Shown: positions 50,551 to 64,000 of the stretch, piece by piece
How positions within the stretch are numbered: position 1 is the first letter of the stretch
Layout: each line of letters opens with the position of its first letter
From: Octopus sinensis
Lineage: Eukaryota
Direction: 5' to 3'
Length of the DNA stretch: 64,000 bases
NCBI RefSeq assembly: GCF_006345805.1
Contig: NC_043000.1
Span: forward strand, 111,662,001 to 111,726,000
Made by a program: the position numbers and the translations under genes
The notes under the pieces: generated by a model
The model's input: only the letters and a program-made list of their open reading frames with translations
Told to the model about the DNA's origin: nothing
Databases searched by the model: none

Positions 50551-50643
50551 ATATATACATAAAACATATTGTTGTATATATAATATATTATATATATATA
50601 TATATATATTTCATATAAATATCTACATACATATGTATGTATG

Positions 50644-50674
<31 letters not shown>

Positions 50675-50752
50675 AATATATATACATATGTATGTATGTA
50701 TATATATATTATATATATATATTTATATAAATATATACATACTATGTATGTA

Positions 50753-50795
<43 letters not shown>

Positions 50796-50825
50796 AAATA
50801 TACATACATATGTATGTATGTATAT

Positions 50826-50864
<39 letters not shown>

Positions 50865-51127
50865 AATATATACATACAATGTATGTATGTATATATATAT
50901 ATATATATATATACAAAGAGCTAAAAGAATTCAAGTTAATTTTATAAATATTACTTGAATATGGTACCTTAACTTTATATGCTGTAATCTTGCAACTTTT
51001 AATAAAACCTGTCCTTGTATGAAACGATCGTACTAAAACCTATCCATTCTTGTTGCTTCTTTCTCGCGTATATATATATATATATATATTTATATAAATA
51101 TATACATACATACATGTATGTATGTAT

Positions 51128-51161
<34 letters not shown>

Positions 51162-51355
51162 AATATATACATACATATGTATGTATGTTATATATATATA
51201 TATATATAATATTTATATAAATATATACATCCATATGTATGTATGTATGTATATATATATATATATAATATTTATATAATATATACATACATATGTATGT
51301 ATATATATATATATATCATATATATTTATATAATATATACATACATATGTATGTA

Positions 51356-51386
<31 letters not shown>

Positions 51387-51610
51387 AATATATACATACA
51401 TATTATGTATATAATATATAGATATTTATATTAATATATACATACATATGTATTTATATATATATATATATATATTTATATTAATATTACATACATATGT
51501 ATGTATATATATATATATATATATATTGATATAAATAATATACCTACATACATATGGTGTGTATATATATATATATATAAATATATACATACATACATAT
51601 ATGAGCATAT
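50170..51610. repeat. AT-rich minisatellite built of palindromic modules, interrupted at ~50915-51065
   Basis: Recurring tttatataaa and atacatacatatgtatgtat separated by (AT)n. Confidence 0.9.
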
Positions 51611-52044
51611 GTTTACATCCAAACCCCTCCTGTATCTCCATATTCCAGTCTCTTGCAACCTGTAATAACTTCCTATTCCTCTTGTTTTTGTTGTCTGCAA
51701 GTTTTCTTGCTTGCTTCTTCCATATTTAAACCATTAATTTATTCTGGAAACTGTGTCACATTCATTCATAGTTTATTTAAAGCTAAACCTTCTTGATAGA
51801 ACTTCGAGTATGTAGGTTGTCTTGGATGTCCATATAAGGAAATCATTCTTTTAGGGTTTACTGACTGACGACAGACTGGCAGAGTAGTTAGGGTGTTAGA
51901 TAGAACACCTTACGGTCCTTGTTTTGACTTTGTTTTCTGAGTTCCAATCCAACTGAAATCAACTTCGCCTTTCAAATCAAAGAACACAACATTGTAATAC
52001 TCGATGTAAAGTAAATATAACAAATGAAAAATCCTTCAAGAATC

Positions 52045-52178
52045 CATAAAAATTCCTGGATCACTACCAAAATTTCATCATATGTTCCTTGTGTCATTAC
52101 CAACTTTTTGAGTTATTTTGCACACAGACGAACAAACGCCAATGAAAACATAACCTTCTTCCTTGGCGGAGATAATAA
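52045..52178 (+). mobile_element. Possible Helentron-like non-autonomous element end
   Basis: ggatcactaccaaaattt...ttttgagttattttgcacacagac...gaaaacataaccttcttccttggcggagataata resembles my recollection of such termini. Confidence 0.4.
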
Positions 52179-53405
52179 AGGCAGTTACTTGGTTTCTATA
52201 GCTCAATATATGTCCAAGATCACAACATTTCCTCTGAACAGGTCACCAGTTCATTACAAGGTTACTCATTTCACCTGGCACTCCATTGATTATAACAAGT
52301 GTTCCAATGTCACAGCCTGCTCATGAGATTAACATGCAAGTAGCTGAGCACTCCACAGACACATAACCTTAGCTTAGTGTTTTGCTCAAGGAGACAACAC
52401 TCTGCCAGGAATCCAATTCCAGCCTTACGGTAGTGAACCGGACACCTTAACCAGCAAGCCACATTTGGGTGAACTACAGCAAATGAAGTGTTTCACTCAA
52501 AAACACAAGGCACTACCTAGTCCAGGGATTGAAATCATGATCTTATGATAGCGGGTGCAACACCCTAACCACTAGGCCATGTGCCTTTACCGTATCACCC
52601 GTATAATTTAAGACGTTTATGTTGGTGGCAGGGGTGTCTTTTGTTGTTATGTAATTCCTCAGGTTGTCGAATGTCTCGATGTGAAATGCCATACCTCCAT
52701 CTCATTGATGGCAATTAGGCTGAGTGAAATGTAGTTCTATGTCTTTGTCTGGTCATGCAGTCTTCTTGTTTGTATATTCTATTGACAACAGCCATAACAA
52801 AGACATACCAAGTGAACTCGGTCCAAACACGGACAACTGCTACTCTCTGCAATTATCGTCAATGATGTGTCTATCTGCTTGCAGAACTAACGAGGTTATT
52901 GATGCTGCTGTAGGCTTTTTTTTCCCCTCCACTTCTTTTTATGTTTGTGTTGAATAGATGGTAGGAAAGATAGGTGTATGGTGGTGGTGTGGATGGGGTT
53001 TGCATTATATTTTAGGTTGGTGTGTGGGGGGAAATGATTATATAAATAACGGTAGAGAGTGTGAGGGTTGGCATTTCTGTTGCGATAATAAACTGCAGTC
53101 ATCACATCACATCACACCCAGATGGTCTTCCATGTTTGTTTTTGTTTATGATTGTGCAGGTGGTTGTAGGTGTGGTTGTGAATGTGGGTATGTATGATGA
53201 TGTGAGTGATTATCATCATTTCACATCTGTTTTCCATGGGCTGGGCAGTTTGGCAGGAGCTGCACCAGGTTCTGCTGTTTGTCTTGGCATGCTTTTACAG
53301 CTGGATGCCTTTCCTAATGCCAACCACTGCTGTTCTGGATAATTTGAGTTTTAGTGTAGAGAGATTATGGACTAACCAAGACTTAGTATGTATATATATA
53401 TATAT

Positions 53406-53629
53406 GGCGAGCTGGCAGACACGTTAGCACGCTGGACGAAATGCTTAGCGGTATTTCGTCTGTCGTTACGTTCTGAGTTCAAATTCCGCTGAGGTCAACT
53501 TTAACGTTCATCCTTTCGGGCTCGATAAATAAAGTACCACTTTCGCACTGGGGTCGATGTAATCAACTTAATCCCTTTATCTGTCCTTGTTTGTCCCCTC
53601 TATGTTTAGCCCCTTGTGGACAATAAAGA

Positions 53630-53632
<3 letters not shown>
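53406..53632 (+). mobile_element. Family A SINE
   Basis: ggcgagctggcagacacgttagcac...ggacaataaagaaat. Confidence 0.9.
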
Positions 53633-53667
<35 letters not shown>

Positions 53668-54529
53668 GTCTGTATATATATCTCACTCAGGTCTAAAATG
53701 AATAGTACTTTTTTTAAGTTTTGGTACCAAGTTACTCCTATTTTTATCTTTTGTGACCTTAAACCTCCTTTTTAATTATATTTAATTAATGAAACTAATT
53801 GAACAGCATATTTTTACAGGAAGAAAAGAAAGAAAAATTGTTAAAAGTATAAATGGTCAAATTATTGAGGAAAGAAAAAAAGCCCATAACTACCTCACAA
53901 ATGAAACGGGGGAGGAGGGGGATTAAGCAGTAGAATATTAGTGGGAGGGAGTAAGTGGTCGTACACCCCAGACCAAATGGCGTGTTCAGCCAGGTCTTTC
54001 AGACTTGATTGCAAAGACGTTGAGGTGGAGAATAGCCAGTGATTCTTGCTGCGCGGACACCCCACCTCACAAGACTCATTACTCAGATGGGCCACAGTAA
54101 TCTTGATTTTGCAGAGGAAATCAGCAAGGCAGGGGTTGAAGGACACCAGAGGTCTCAGTGGCAAGCAACACTGATCAAAACGGCTGGTCGGGTTCTATTT
54201 TGCAATTTTGACCATTTGTTTTCATCACATAAAAATAAACATCATCATCATTGTCATCATTTAGCACCTGCTTTCCATGCTGGCATGGGTCAGAAGGTTT
54301 AGCTGGAACTGTTGAGCTGGAGATCTGCACCAGGTTCCAATCTGATTTGGCAGGGTTTCTACAGCTGGATGCCCTTCCTAACAGTTTATCTGTAATAAAG
54401 AATCTGGTGACACATATTTATGATGTGTGTGTGTTGTGGTCCTGTGGTAAATCTTAGCAGCACATTAAGAATGTAATCTAGTTTCAATTCTCAAAAGGAA
54501 CCACACCTACTTACATGTTTATTTTTGTG

Positions 54530-55305
54530 CGCCACCTTCACTGGCTTCTATGCCGGTGGCACGTAAAAAGTACCCAATACACTCACGGAGTGGTTGGCGT
54601 TAGGAAGGGCATCCAACTGTAGAAACACTGCCAAACCAGACTGGATCTTGGTGCAGCCTTCTGGCTTCCCAGACCCTGGTCAAACCGTCCAACTCATGCT
54701 AGCATGGAAAACGGATGTTAAACGATGATGATGAATTAACATAATTAATCCCTCGGGTTGGGTAACTCCTCAGGTTGGATAACCATGTATTTCCTTTGCG
54801 GTAGCACACCTGTTTCTGTCTTCATTCCTGATCTCTCTCTCCCTCTCTCTCCCCAGCCAGGTAACCTTGTACTTTCTCTACAGCAAGACACCTGTTTCTG
54901 TCTCTCTGTCTCACCATAACCTTTCATCATCCGATACAAGATCGCCTCCTCCAATGCCCCCTCCCCTCACAAAAGGTTTTTTTTTGTCCTGCAAGGTACT
55001 TGGTGACCCTGTCAGTGCAAGTGCCACTTAAAAGCACCCAATCCACAATGTAAAGTGGTTGGCATTTGGAAGGGCATCCAGCTGTAAAAATCCTTACCAA
55101 AACTGACCTCACCTATCTTTGTGCCGCGTAAAAAGCACTCCACTCTGCTGAGTGGTTGGGGCTAGGAAGGGCCTCCAACTGTAAAAATCCTGCCAAACCA
55201 GTCACAAAAGTCTGGTGCAGGCTTCTGCTTGGGCAGCTCTTGTCAAACTGTCCCACTGATGCCAGCATGGAAGGTGGACGTTAAACGATGATGATGACGA
55301 CGATG
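54530..55305 (+). mobile_element. Two successive family C elements
   Basis: Tails aaacgatgatgatg at ~54730 and ~55290. Confidence 0.8.
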
Positions 55306-56439
55306 ATGGTGGTAAAATTCTGCTCTAATTCTCACCTACTCCAATCAATAGAAACAAAACTGTTATCCATGTTGAAAGTCATTATTAATTTTGGATATCA
55401 ATATTATTTGTTAGGACAGTGGATGTTGAAATCAATCGATGACTGTTCAAAATATCTTGTGGTATTTAGTTACATATTCTTCTTGAGTATCAATTATTCT
55501 GGAACCAACTTTGCCATTTATTAGAATTAACCTCTCCAAGTTAGTAGTAACTCACCAGTTATACGGTGTTCCTTCTGTTAAAAGCCCCAAGCATTCTCAG
55601 TTCAAATACTAGAAAGGTCAGATTTCCCTTGTGTGTCTGTGTGTCCCACTACCATCACCATTTCACAACTGATGATGGTTTGTTTACCCCCCCCATAATG
55701 ACTTAGCAGTTTGGCAAAACAGCCTGATAGAATATCAGACTTTAAAAAAAATGTACTGGAGTCAATATGTTTAACTAAAAGCTTTCAAAGTGGTGCTTCA
55801 GTATGGCCAGGATTCAAACAAAGGAAGGATGAAAGAAAGATATGTTATTCATATATATATATTTGGGTTGGGTATGTATATATATATGCATGCAGGTGTG
55901 TGTGTGTATAGTAAATAACACCACATGACATTATATATCAGGGTGGGGCAATTATTTGTTGAATGGCAATATCCAAAACAAGTTTGTCAACAACTACTAC
56001 TACTACCATACAATACCACTGGTCCTGTCTCCATCATTCTAACTACAACTAATACCATTACCACCAACTCTAGTGGGAGATTAGTAATCCAGCATTCCAT
56101 CAACCCTGTTATAGTGGTGGTGGTGGTTGTTAGTCAACTATAAAGTTTACATTGGTTGTTTTCATCTCTGTAAACAAGGTAGATATATACACTTTTGTTT
56201 ATATTGTAATGTGTTTATGATAAGGTTTAGCAATAGGCTATACAAAGTCCTTTTCCAAGATTTAGTTCATAGTTAATATAAAGCCCATAATCTATAGAAA
56301 CCCATTTCATTAGACTATTTTGCTATTTTGTTCCCTTCACTGCCATATACAGCAAACCTCATTCTGTACAATTCTGATATGTATTCACTCATTCGGTTCT
56401 CGTTGTGCCTTGTGGCACTTGAGGCAACAAGATCATTCC

Positions 56440-56900
56440 ACCTTCGAACACTGACAGCTTATTCCATTGTTAACCCTCTGCTTTTAAGATGTTTTGTTAT
56501 TGTTCTCCACCACGTTTCCTTTGGTTGGTCACCATCTTCTTTTACCTCGTGGAACCCTTTGCAAAGCAATCCTAACAAGTGAACTTGGTTTATAACGACA
56601 AACTCGACCCAGCCATTTCCATCTCCTTTCTTCAACAGTTTCTCTTATTGGTTTCACATTAACCTTGGTGCGTAGTTGGCCATTCCAGATCATAATTTGA
56701 CCAGTAGACCTTCAAAATTTTTCATCAGCATTTATTTTGAAACACCTCCAATTTCTTTACAGTACTTTTGGTTGTTTTCCAACATTCGGATCCATAGAGG
56801 AATATGCTAAGTATGTAGCTTTTGTAAAATTCTATTTTGGAAATCTTGCCGAGTATTGATGGTTTTCCATATTGGTTTGTAGATTTGGATGCTGGAACAT
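56440..56900 (-). pseudogene. RTE LINE 3' fragment
   Basis: FYKSYILSIFLYGSECWKTTKSTVKKLEVFQNKC..KILKVYW. Confidence 0.8.
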
Positions 56901-57289
56901 GAGAACACTCTTACAGCCAGGAAAATTAGCACAGGTACAATTCTGATATAACCAATGGAATCAGATTGTTTATTTAGAGCTAATCAGTTACTCCTTGCAA
57001 ATTGTCCTTAGACCTTCCTCACAACATACCCTGTCTGCAGAGACTATATTCCTGAAGTCCCTCTCCTCTCTTTTCTTCCAGGTGCTCAGTTTGTTGATTG
57101 TATGTATACAGTCTCACCACTGAGTTCAGCCCCTGGGAGGGAGTCCCATCATGTACAGCAATATCAGTGGATCTCTGTCAGTTTCAACAATAAGGATTCA
57201 GTTTTGCAATCAACTGAATTAACATGCAAGTGGCTTAGTATTCCACAGGCATGTGTACCCTTAGCATTACCCTCAAGTAGAATGAATTA

Positions 57290-57880
57290 CAGGCACAATC
57301 CATGTGATGGGCTTCTGCACAGTTTCCATCCATCCATTCTCATTCACAAGAGTTGGATGTGCCTGAGGCAATGGTAAAAGATACTTGCCCTAGATGCTAT
57401 GCAATGGGATCAAACCTAAGACCTTGTGTTTGTGAAGTGGACTTGTTAACCACTCAACTATGATTCGTCCACCAATGGTATGGAATGCCAGAGAGGGATG
57501 TGTGGCATAGAATCTGCAGGCATGGCTATGTGACAAGAAGCTTGCTTCCCAACCACATGGTTCTGGGTTCATTCCCACTGCGTGGCACCTTGGGCAAGTG
57601 TCTTCTTCTATAGCTTCAGGCTGACCAAAGCCATGTGAGTGGATTTGGTAGATGGAAACTGAAAGAAGCCTGTCGTGTGTGTCTTTGTCTCCCACCACTG
57701 CTTGACCACTGGTATTGGTGTGTTTACATTGTCCTAACTTAGCAGTTTAGCAAAAGAGATCGACAGAACAAATACTGGGCTTTAAAAGAAATAAGAATTG
57801 AGATTGATTTGTTTGACTAAAATTCTTCAAGGCAGTGCCCCAGCGTGGCCATAGTCCAATGACTGAAACAAGTAAAACAT
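57290..57880. mobile_element. Head-to-head family B SINEs (minus 57290-57460, plus 57520-57880)
   Basis: Consensus segments in opposite orientations. Confidence 0.75.
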
Positions 57881-58347
57881 AGGTCCACAATGGTATTTTT
57901 ACTGTAACCCTAAGGGGTAGATTAAGAAAACAAGCAGCCTGGTGGTTTGGGGTCTTACACTCACAGCTGCCAGATTGTGGTTTCAATTCCAGACCAGGCT
58001 GTGCATGAAGTTCTTGAGCAAGACACTTTATTTCACTCTGCTGGAGTCCACTCAGCTACAAATGAGTGATTCCGTGTTATCTTAGTGTCCCCTTCAGGGG
58101 AGATGTTATGATCTCAGTCACGTGTATGCCATGGAAACCTGGCAAGTGGTCCTGTGAGTCCTAGGACTTGAGGCAGTATTGCACAAGGGTAGTTAGGGTT
58201 GTTGTCAATCCTGAGGTCTTCAGCCACCCATCCCTGCCCATCCCACCAATTAATGTAAGACTCATACCTCCTGCTTCTTTGTAGAAGACCCTTCCTCTGA
58301 CTACTACCATCATTTCCTGGTAGATCTTCATACATGCAAGAGAGCCT

Positions 58348-58575
58348 AACCCTTTCATTACTGTATTTCTGTTGAGATGTTCTGTGTTTCTTTCAATTAC
58401 TTTAAATATAACAAAGAATTTAGTAAAATAACTTGGTTATCATTAAGCTGGTGTTAGGAACATAAATTTTGACTAAGGCTTGGCGGAAGATTTTAATTCA
58501 AAACTTATGAAAACAAGACATTTGTACTCAGAGCCAGAAACGGTTTCAGGCGAGTTGGTAATGAAAAGGTTAAAT
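58348..58575 (-). mobile_element. piggyBac-like TTAA MITE in inverse orientation
   Basis: taaccctttcattactg...gaaaaggttaa; reverse complement of the 25.3-kb copies. Confidence 0.8.
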
Positions 58576-59148
58576 TCTTTGGAATCTACAGGTCAACCCC
58601 CACCACTTTAAACAGACATCTTACCAAAGCTATTTCTGCCATGACCCTCTCATCATTTTCTTGGCCATTGCATATCTTGAACTACATTATGCAACGTTTC
58701 TCTTCCTTTGCAAGAGAGTAAGTTGCAATTTGAGTGACATTTGGTTGTTACTTCTAGCAGTTCAAACAACACTGTAGAGGCTCCTCAGTATAGAATTTCT
58801 ATGTAGGTTTTAGTGTCAACATATTTACTAAACAGAGCATTGAAAATCCATTGAAATAAAATAGATTTTTGCTGAGAAAAAATAGATTATTAGTCAACAA
58901 CTGGATTTGTTGTTTTTGTTTTTTTCTTATTTTATGTCAAGTTCTTTCTGCACTATTTGACACGTCTCAGCCTTGCTTGTTTTAGTCATAAGTCTACAAC
59001 CACAATGGGGCCCTGCCTTGGAGCCTTTAGTCAAACCAATTATCCGAGGACCTTTTTTTCTTTTTAAAGACTGGTACTTACTTTATCAGTCTCTTTTGTT
59101 ACAGGGATGCTAACAAACCAACACTACATGTCATACAGTGGAGGGATG

Positions 59149-59205
<57 letters not shown>

Positions 59206-60329
59206 TATATTTCTATATGACAGGCTTCCACACAATTTTTGTTTATGAAATCCACTCCTTTGGTTCTGATTGGCCCATGGTTATAGTTGAAAACACTTGC
59301 CCATAGTGCCACTCAGTGGCATTGAACTTGAAACCATGTGGGTAGAAAACTAGCTTGTTAACCATGTAGCCACAACACATGTGTGTGTATATCATCATCA
59401 TCATTTAATGTCCATCTTCCATGCATGCATGGGTAGGACAGATGACAGAGCCAACCAGGCAGAAAAACTACCCTGGGCTACTGTGTCTGTTTTGGCAGGG
59501 ATTTTACGGTTGGATGCCCTTCCTAACATCAACCACTATATATATATATTCCAGTAAGTATTGTATTGCATTTCATAGTTATCCCACATGTTAAGCTCCC
59601 CTAAATAACCCTGTGTCCGTATAGCCCATTTCCTTCTAAGTACCATCTTGTGGCTATGTTACCCTAATGTCATTGATCAACCATTTCAATTAAATAGATT
59701 TACTTCTGCAGCCTGTAGGTGATGTGATGAGTTTCATTCGGCATCCTTTAACTTTTTAACATTTAAACCAGCCATATCCAACCCAAATATTCTCGTTTTA
59801 TGCTTGAACCAGCCAGATCTGGCTTCTCACACCTATCCTACAATGTTAATCTGAAAATAAACAATCACATCAATGAAATCTCAAAGTTAACAAGATAATG
59901 CAGCATTAATCTAAAACAATGTCAAAAAATAAGGATTTACATTTGACAGAAGAATCTGAATGCGGAAAGGTTAGTTTCAGGAATGGTAACTGTATGTCTG
60001 TGAGCAGAAAGTGAGAGTTAAGGGGAAAATGGGATTGAGGGCTTGAATATAAGAAGGTCCTTACCCACTGCAACTACTCTTTCTTGGTATTATCTCTGTC
60101 AACCTCCATCACTTAATCAAAATGTTTGGCTTTGAGAAGTAGATGCCCTGTTCCAAAATGTTATATATATATATATATCATCATCATCGTTTAACGTCCG
60201 TTTTCCATGCTAGCATGGGTTGGACGGTTTGACTGAGGTCTGGCGAACCAGATCTGCCAGAGTTTCTACAGCTGGATGCCCTTCCTAATGCCAACAACTC
60301 CAAGAGTATAGTCGCCAGGTACCTTAACT

Positions 60330-60391
<62 letters not shown>

Positions 60392-60392
<1 letters not shown>

Positions 60393-61130
60393 CGCAGGAG
60401 TGGCTGTGTGGTAAGTAGTTTGCTTACCAACCACATGGTTGGTTCAGGGTTCAGTCCCACTGCATGGCACCTCAGGCAAGTGTCTTTTAGTATAGCCACA
60501 GGCCGACCAAAGCCTTGTGAGTGGATTTGGTAGACGGAAACTGAAAGAATCCTGTCATATATATATATGTATATGTGTGTGTGTATTAGTGTATCCCTGT
60601 AACCTAGCAGTTCAGCAAAAGAGACCGACAGAATAAGCACTAGGCTTGCAAAGAATAAATGTGACTAAAGGCAATGCCCCAGCATGGCCACAGTCAAATG
60701 ACTGAAAACAAATAAAAGAATAAAGAATATCTATATACACACAATGTATGTATATGCATATATGTATATTATATATCTTTTCCTTGTTTGAGTCATTAAC
60801 CCTAATTTTTAGTCAAACAAATTGACCCTAGATTTTTTTTAAGCCAGGTACATATTTTATCAGTCTTTTGCTGGACTGCTAAGTTACAGAGACATAAACA
60901 AACCAACACTAGTTGTCAAGTAGTGGAAGGGGACAAACAGACACACGCGTATGCATGTGTGTATATAGATACACACACACATGCAGGGCTTCTTTCAGTT
61001 TCTGTCTACCAAATCTACTCACAAGGCTTTGGTAGTAGAAAGCACTTGCTCATGATGCCCCGCAATGGGACTGAACCCAGAACTATATGGTTGGGAAGCA
61101 AGCTTCTTACCACACAGCCGCACCTGCACC
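60392..61130. mobile_element. Tail-to-tail inverted pair of near full-length family B SINEs
   Basis: Plus 60392-60728; minus 60778-61130. Confidence 0.85.
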
Positions 61131-61673
61131 TATATATTACACATATGTATGTGTATATTATGCTTGTGTGTGTGTGTATGTATATTATGTATGTAAATGT
61201 ATATTTTCACACATATGTACACTCACATATACATGCACACACAATCTGTTTGTCACAGTCTGTCTGTCCAGTAATGCTTCACTGGCTTAAATCAACCATC
61301 CTTAAACCAGATCAAGTTATTTCTTCTGCTTGCCTAGAGATGGAAAGGACGGATGATGGATCAAACCTGATCCACAGTTCACTACACTCGCTACCCTCCC
61401 CCTGCCACCTTCACCACCCTCCTCTGACTCACTGACATCATCAATCTACCCCAGTCATCGCATCTCTCTCTCTCTCTCTCTGTATATCTCATTAACCACT
61501 CCTGACAATGATGGGCTCTTGTCATTTAGCTGGTTTCGATAGAGAGGTAGATAGACAGACAGACACACAAACACACACACACATAGGAAACAGATGAATA
61601 TCTACAAATATGCACTCACATATTCATGCAAATGTGCACCGGTGTGCAGTGAAGTTGCTTAATAGTGTGTGTG

Positions 61674-61707
<34 letters not shown>

Positions 61708-61708
<1 letters not shown>

Positions 61709-62240
61709 CACAGGAGTGGCTGTGTGGTAAGTGGCTTGCGTGGCACCTTGGGCAAGTGTCTTCTACTTTAGCCTCGGGCCAACCAAAGCCTTCTGAGTGG
61801 ATTTGGTAGACGGAAACTAAAAGAAGCCTGTCATATACATATATATATATATGTATGTATGTACGTGTGTGTTTGTGTTTCTCTCCCTTCCATCACTTGA
61901 CAACTGATGTTGGTGTGTTTACATCCCCGTAACTTAGTTGTTCAGCAAAAAGTGACAGATAAAATAAGTACTAGGCTTACAAAAACTAAGTCCTGGGGCC
62001 AATTTGTTCAACTAAAGACAAGTACTCCAGCATGGCCACATTCAAATGACTGAAACAAATAAGTCAGATTGTGGCCATGCTGGTGCACCATCTTAATTTT
62101 TGTCAAACAAATAGACCCTAATATTTTTTCTGAGCGTGATACTTATTCTGTTGGCATTTTTTGCCAAACTACTAAGATATGGGGGGACATAAACAGACCG
62201 ACATCAGTTGTCTAGTGGTGGAGTGGAGGAGCAAACACAC
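61708..62240. mobile_element. Tail-to-tail inverted family B SINEs with almost no spacer
   Basis: gcatggccaca...(~30 nt)...tgtggccatgc at ~62032-62082. Confidence 0.8.
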
Positions 62241-63194
62241 ACACAAACTATATGTGTATATATATATATATGCACACACACATGTATGTGTTTGCACATG
62301 TGCACCCTCATTGATCTGAATGAAAGATGGTACTCCGTAGGTGATGTAAAGTTAAATATAGCAACATCAGCAGGAAAAAAGAGTGGGTTTTCAGTTTATT
62401 TATTCCAAGTTTTATGTTGCCACTATTCAAAAGATTTCACTCTTTAAAGCTGAACGGCAGATTACTGTTGCATGCTTTATCTTTTACCATTCTGGAAGTG
62501 ATAAGCCCTTCCCCTCAAAAACTGCTCGCCTTGTACTCAGGTATAGCTGAGTGGTTAAAGAAGCTTGCTTTGCAACCATGCAGTCTTAGCTTCAGTACCT
62601 TGGCGTCACACTACAGACCTCATGATTGAATTTGGTAGCTGGTAACTGTTGGAAGCTTGTTTGAGTGTGTGTTAGTCTGATGTTGACTACCAACATCCCC
62701 TGTGACAGGTTTGATAATTGCTGAGAATTTTTAGCATGAACCCAATGCTAGTCTTGTAAACCAACAAATAATGAATATTTACCTGTACAAAACAATGACT
62801 AGTGTAGTCGTTTACCTGGCCAGCTCTTGTCCAACTGTCCAACCCATGCCAGCATGGAAGATGGATGTTAAACAATAATGATATTGTGGTGTTGAGCACT
62901 CATTTGCATTATTCATTAGTTAGTGTGTGTGTATACAAATATATGTTTGGGTGTGTTTCCCAAAGTGCTTAATTGGTGTTGGTTTATTTATATCTCTGTA
63001 ACCTAACAGAACGGTTCGGTAAAAGAGAAGAGACCAATGACATAACTGCCAGGCTTGACAAAAAGAAAAAAGTACTGGATTTGATTTGCTCAACTAAACC
63101 CTTTAAGGCTGTGCTCCAGCATGACCACAGTTCAATGATTGGTATGAGTAAGATTCCTATTTCTCTCTCTCTCTCTCTCTCTCTCAAAATATTT

Positions 63195-63400
63195 TTTTCT
63201 ACTCTAGGCACAAGGCCCAAAATGTTTGGGGAGGGGACCAGTTGATTAGATCGCCTTCAGTACGCAACTGGTACTTTATCGACCCTGAAAGGATGAAAGG
63301 CAAAGTCGACCTCAGCGGAATTTGAACTCAGAACGTAACGGCAGACAAAATACTGCTAAGCATTTCACCCGGTGTGCTAACGTTTCTGCCAGCTCGCCAA
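63195..63400 (-). mobile_element. Family A SINE
   Basis: gaaaggatgaaaggcaaagtcgacctcagcggaatttgaactcagaacg...ctgccagctcgcc. Confidence 0.85.
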
Positions 63401-63626
63401 CTCAAAATATTGAAATTAAACTTTGGCAGTGCCTGGCTCTTTCTTGTATTTCTCGCCATGAAGCTACAAAAGACAGCCAGGCAGAATTGTACCCTTGCAA
63501 GTTACACGGGGGAGGGGGGTTGTAGTTGTTATCAGTGAGTCGGAGGAGCCACACCCACCACCAATATACAAAACTTGGTGATGCTTTGACAAAATTATCT
63601 CAAAGATAACCCAACAGACAACCTCA

Positions 63627-64000
63627 ATGTGTCACTCACTCCCACAATCCATGCGTCTCCCTTCTTTGTATCAACCAAAAGGAAGAAATACTACAATAAT
63701 TCCCCCCTTCCCCAGCCTCTCCTCTCCCCCACTCGCCCTCTCTCTCTCTCTTTCAGTCCCACTCTTTCTCTCTCCCCTTCTCTACTTCTCTCACACGCAT
63801 TCTCTCCCCTCTATACCGCTCACAGTCTTCCTCTATCTCTCCCTCTTTACTGTCATTATCTCCTTCTCTCTCCCTACACCTCATTATCTCTCTATACCAT
63901 TTTCAGTTTCACTTTCTCTTCCTCTTTATTTACTTATTTCTCTCTCCCTCCCTATTTATCTCTCTCTCTCTCTCTCCAACAATTAATCTTTTTCCACTGA
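63627..64000. repeat. CT-rich low-complexity tract
   Basis: Direct reading. Confidence 0.9.

Larger units (their letters stand above)
24700..64000. other. Inferred methylated gene-body domain (large introns of an unidentified host gene)
   Basis: CG to TG/CA decay in older repeat copies right of ~24-25 kb, but not left of it; no coding exon could be identified. Confidence 0.4.

Noticed and set aside
57082-57377. Strong acceptor ctctcttttcttccag| followed by a ~97-codon frame
   Set aside because: The frame runs into family D and B SINE remnants and has no recognisable domain; not supportable as a coding exon.
60923-61435. 170-aa plus ORF
   Set aside because: Runs through an antisense family B SINE and (TG)n/(TA)n; the same peptide motifs (GLLSVSVYQI, GLNPEPCGW) recur at many SINE copies.

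Overview
Eukaryotic, repeat-saturated DNA. The tRNA-headed SINE families, RTE-tailed (GAT)n elements and dense (TA)n/(TG)n/(GACA)n/(TACA)n microsatellites point to a coleoid cephalopod, most likely Octopus (inference from repeat content). I found no intact, recognisable protein-coding gene: nearly all ORFs in the supplied track are microsatellite or SINE read-throughs. Supported content: at least four SINE families (called A-D here); decayed pieces of a maT/DD37D Tc1-mariner transposase, a CRE-like restriction-endonuclease non-LTR element, a Penelope-like GIY-YIG element and several RTE LINEs; and Tigger-like, hAT-like, piggyBac-like (TTAA) and Helitron non-autonomous elements, often nested. 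The most interesting observations are: (1) minimal Penelope-type hammerhead ribozyme motifs in two short repeat families, one of them fused to a tRNA-like head; (2) a change near 24-25 kb from CpG-intact to CpG-decayed copies of the same repeats, suggesting a gene-body methylation domain and so an unseen host gene with large introns; (3) a dimeric SINE with the same junction at two loci; (4) a tandemly multiplied GIY-YIG motif; (5) recurrent inverted SINE pairs that could form ADAR substrates. Repeat boundaries are read by eye and are approximate (tens of bp) unless terminal motifs are quoted.
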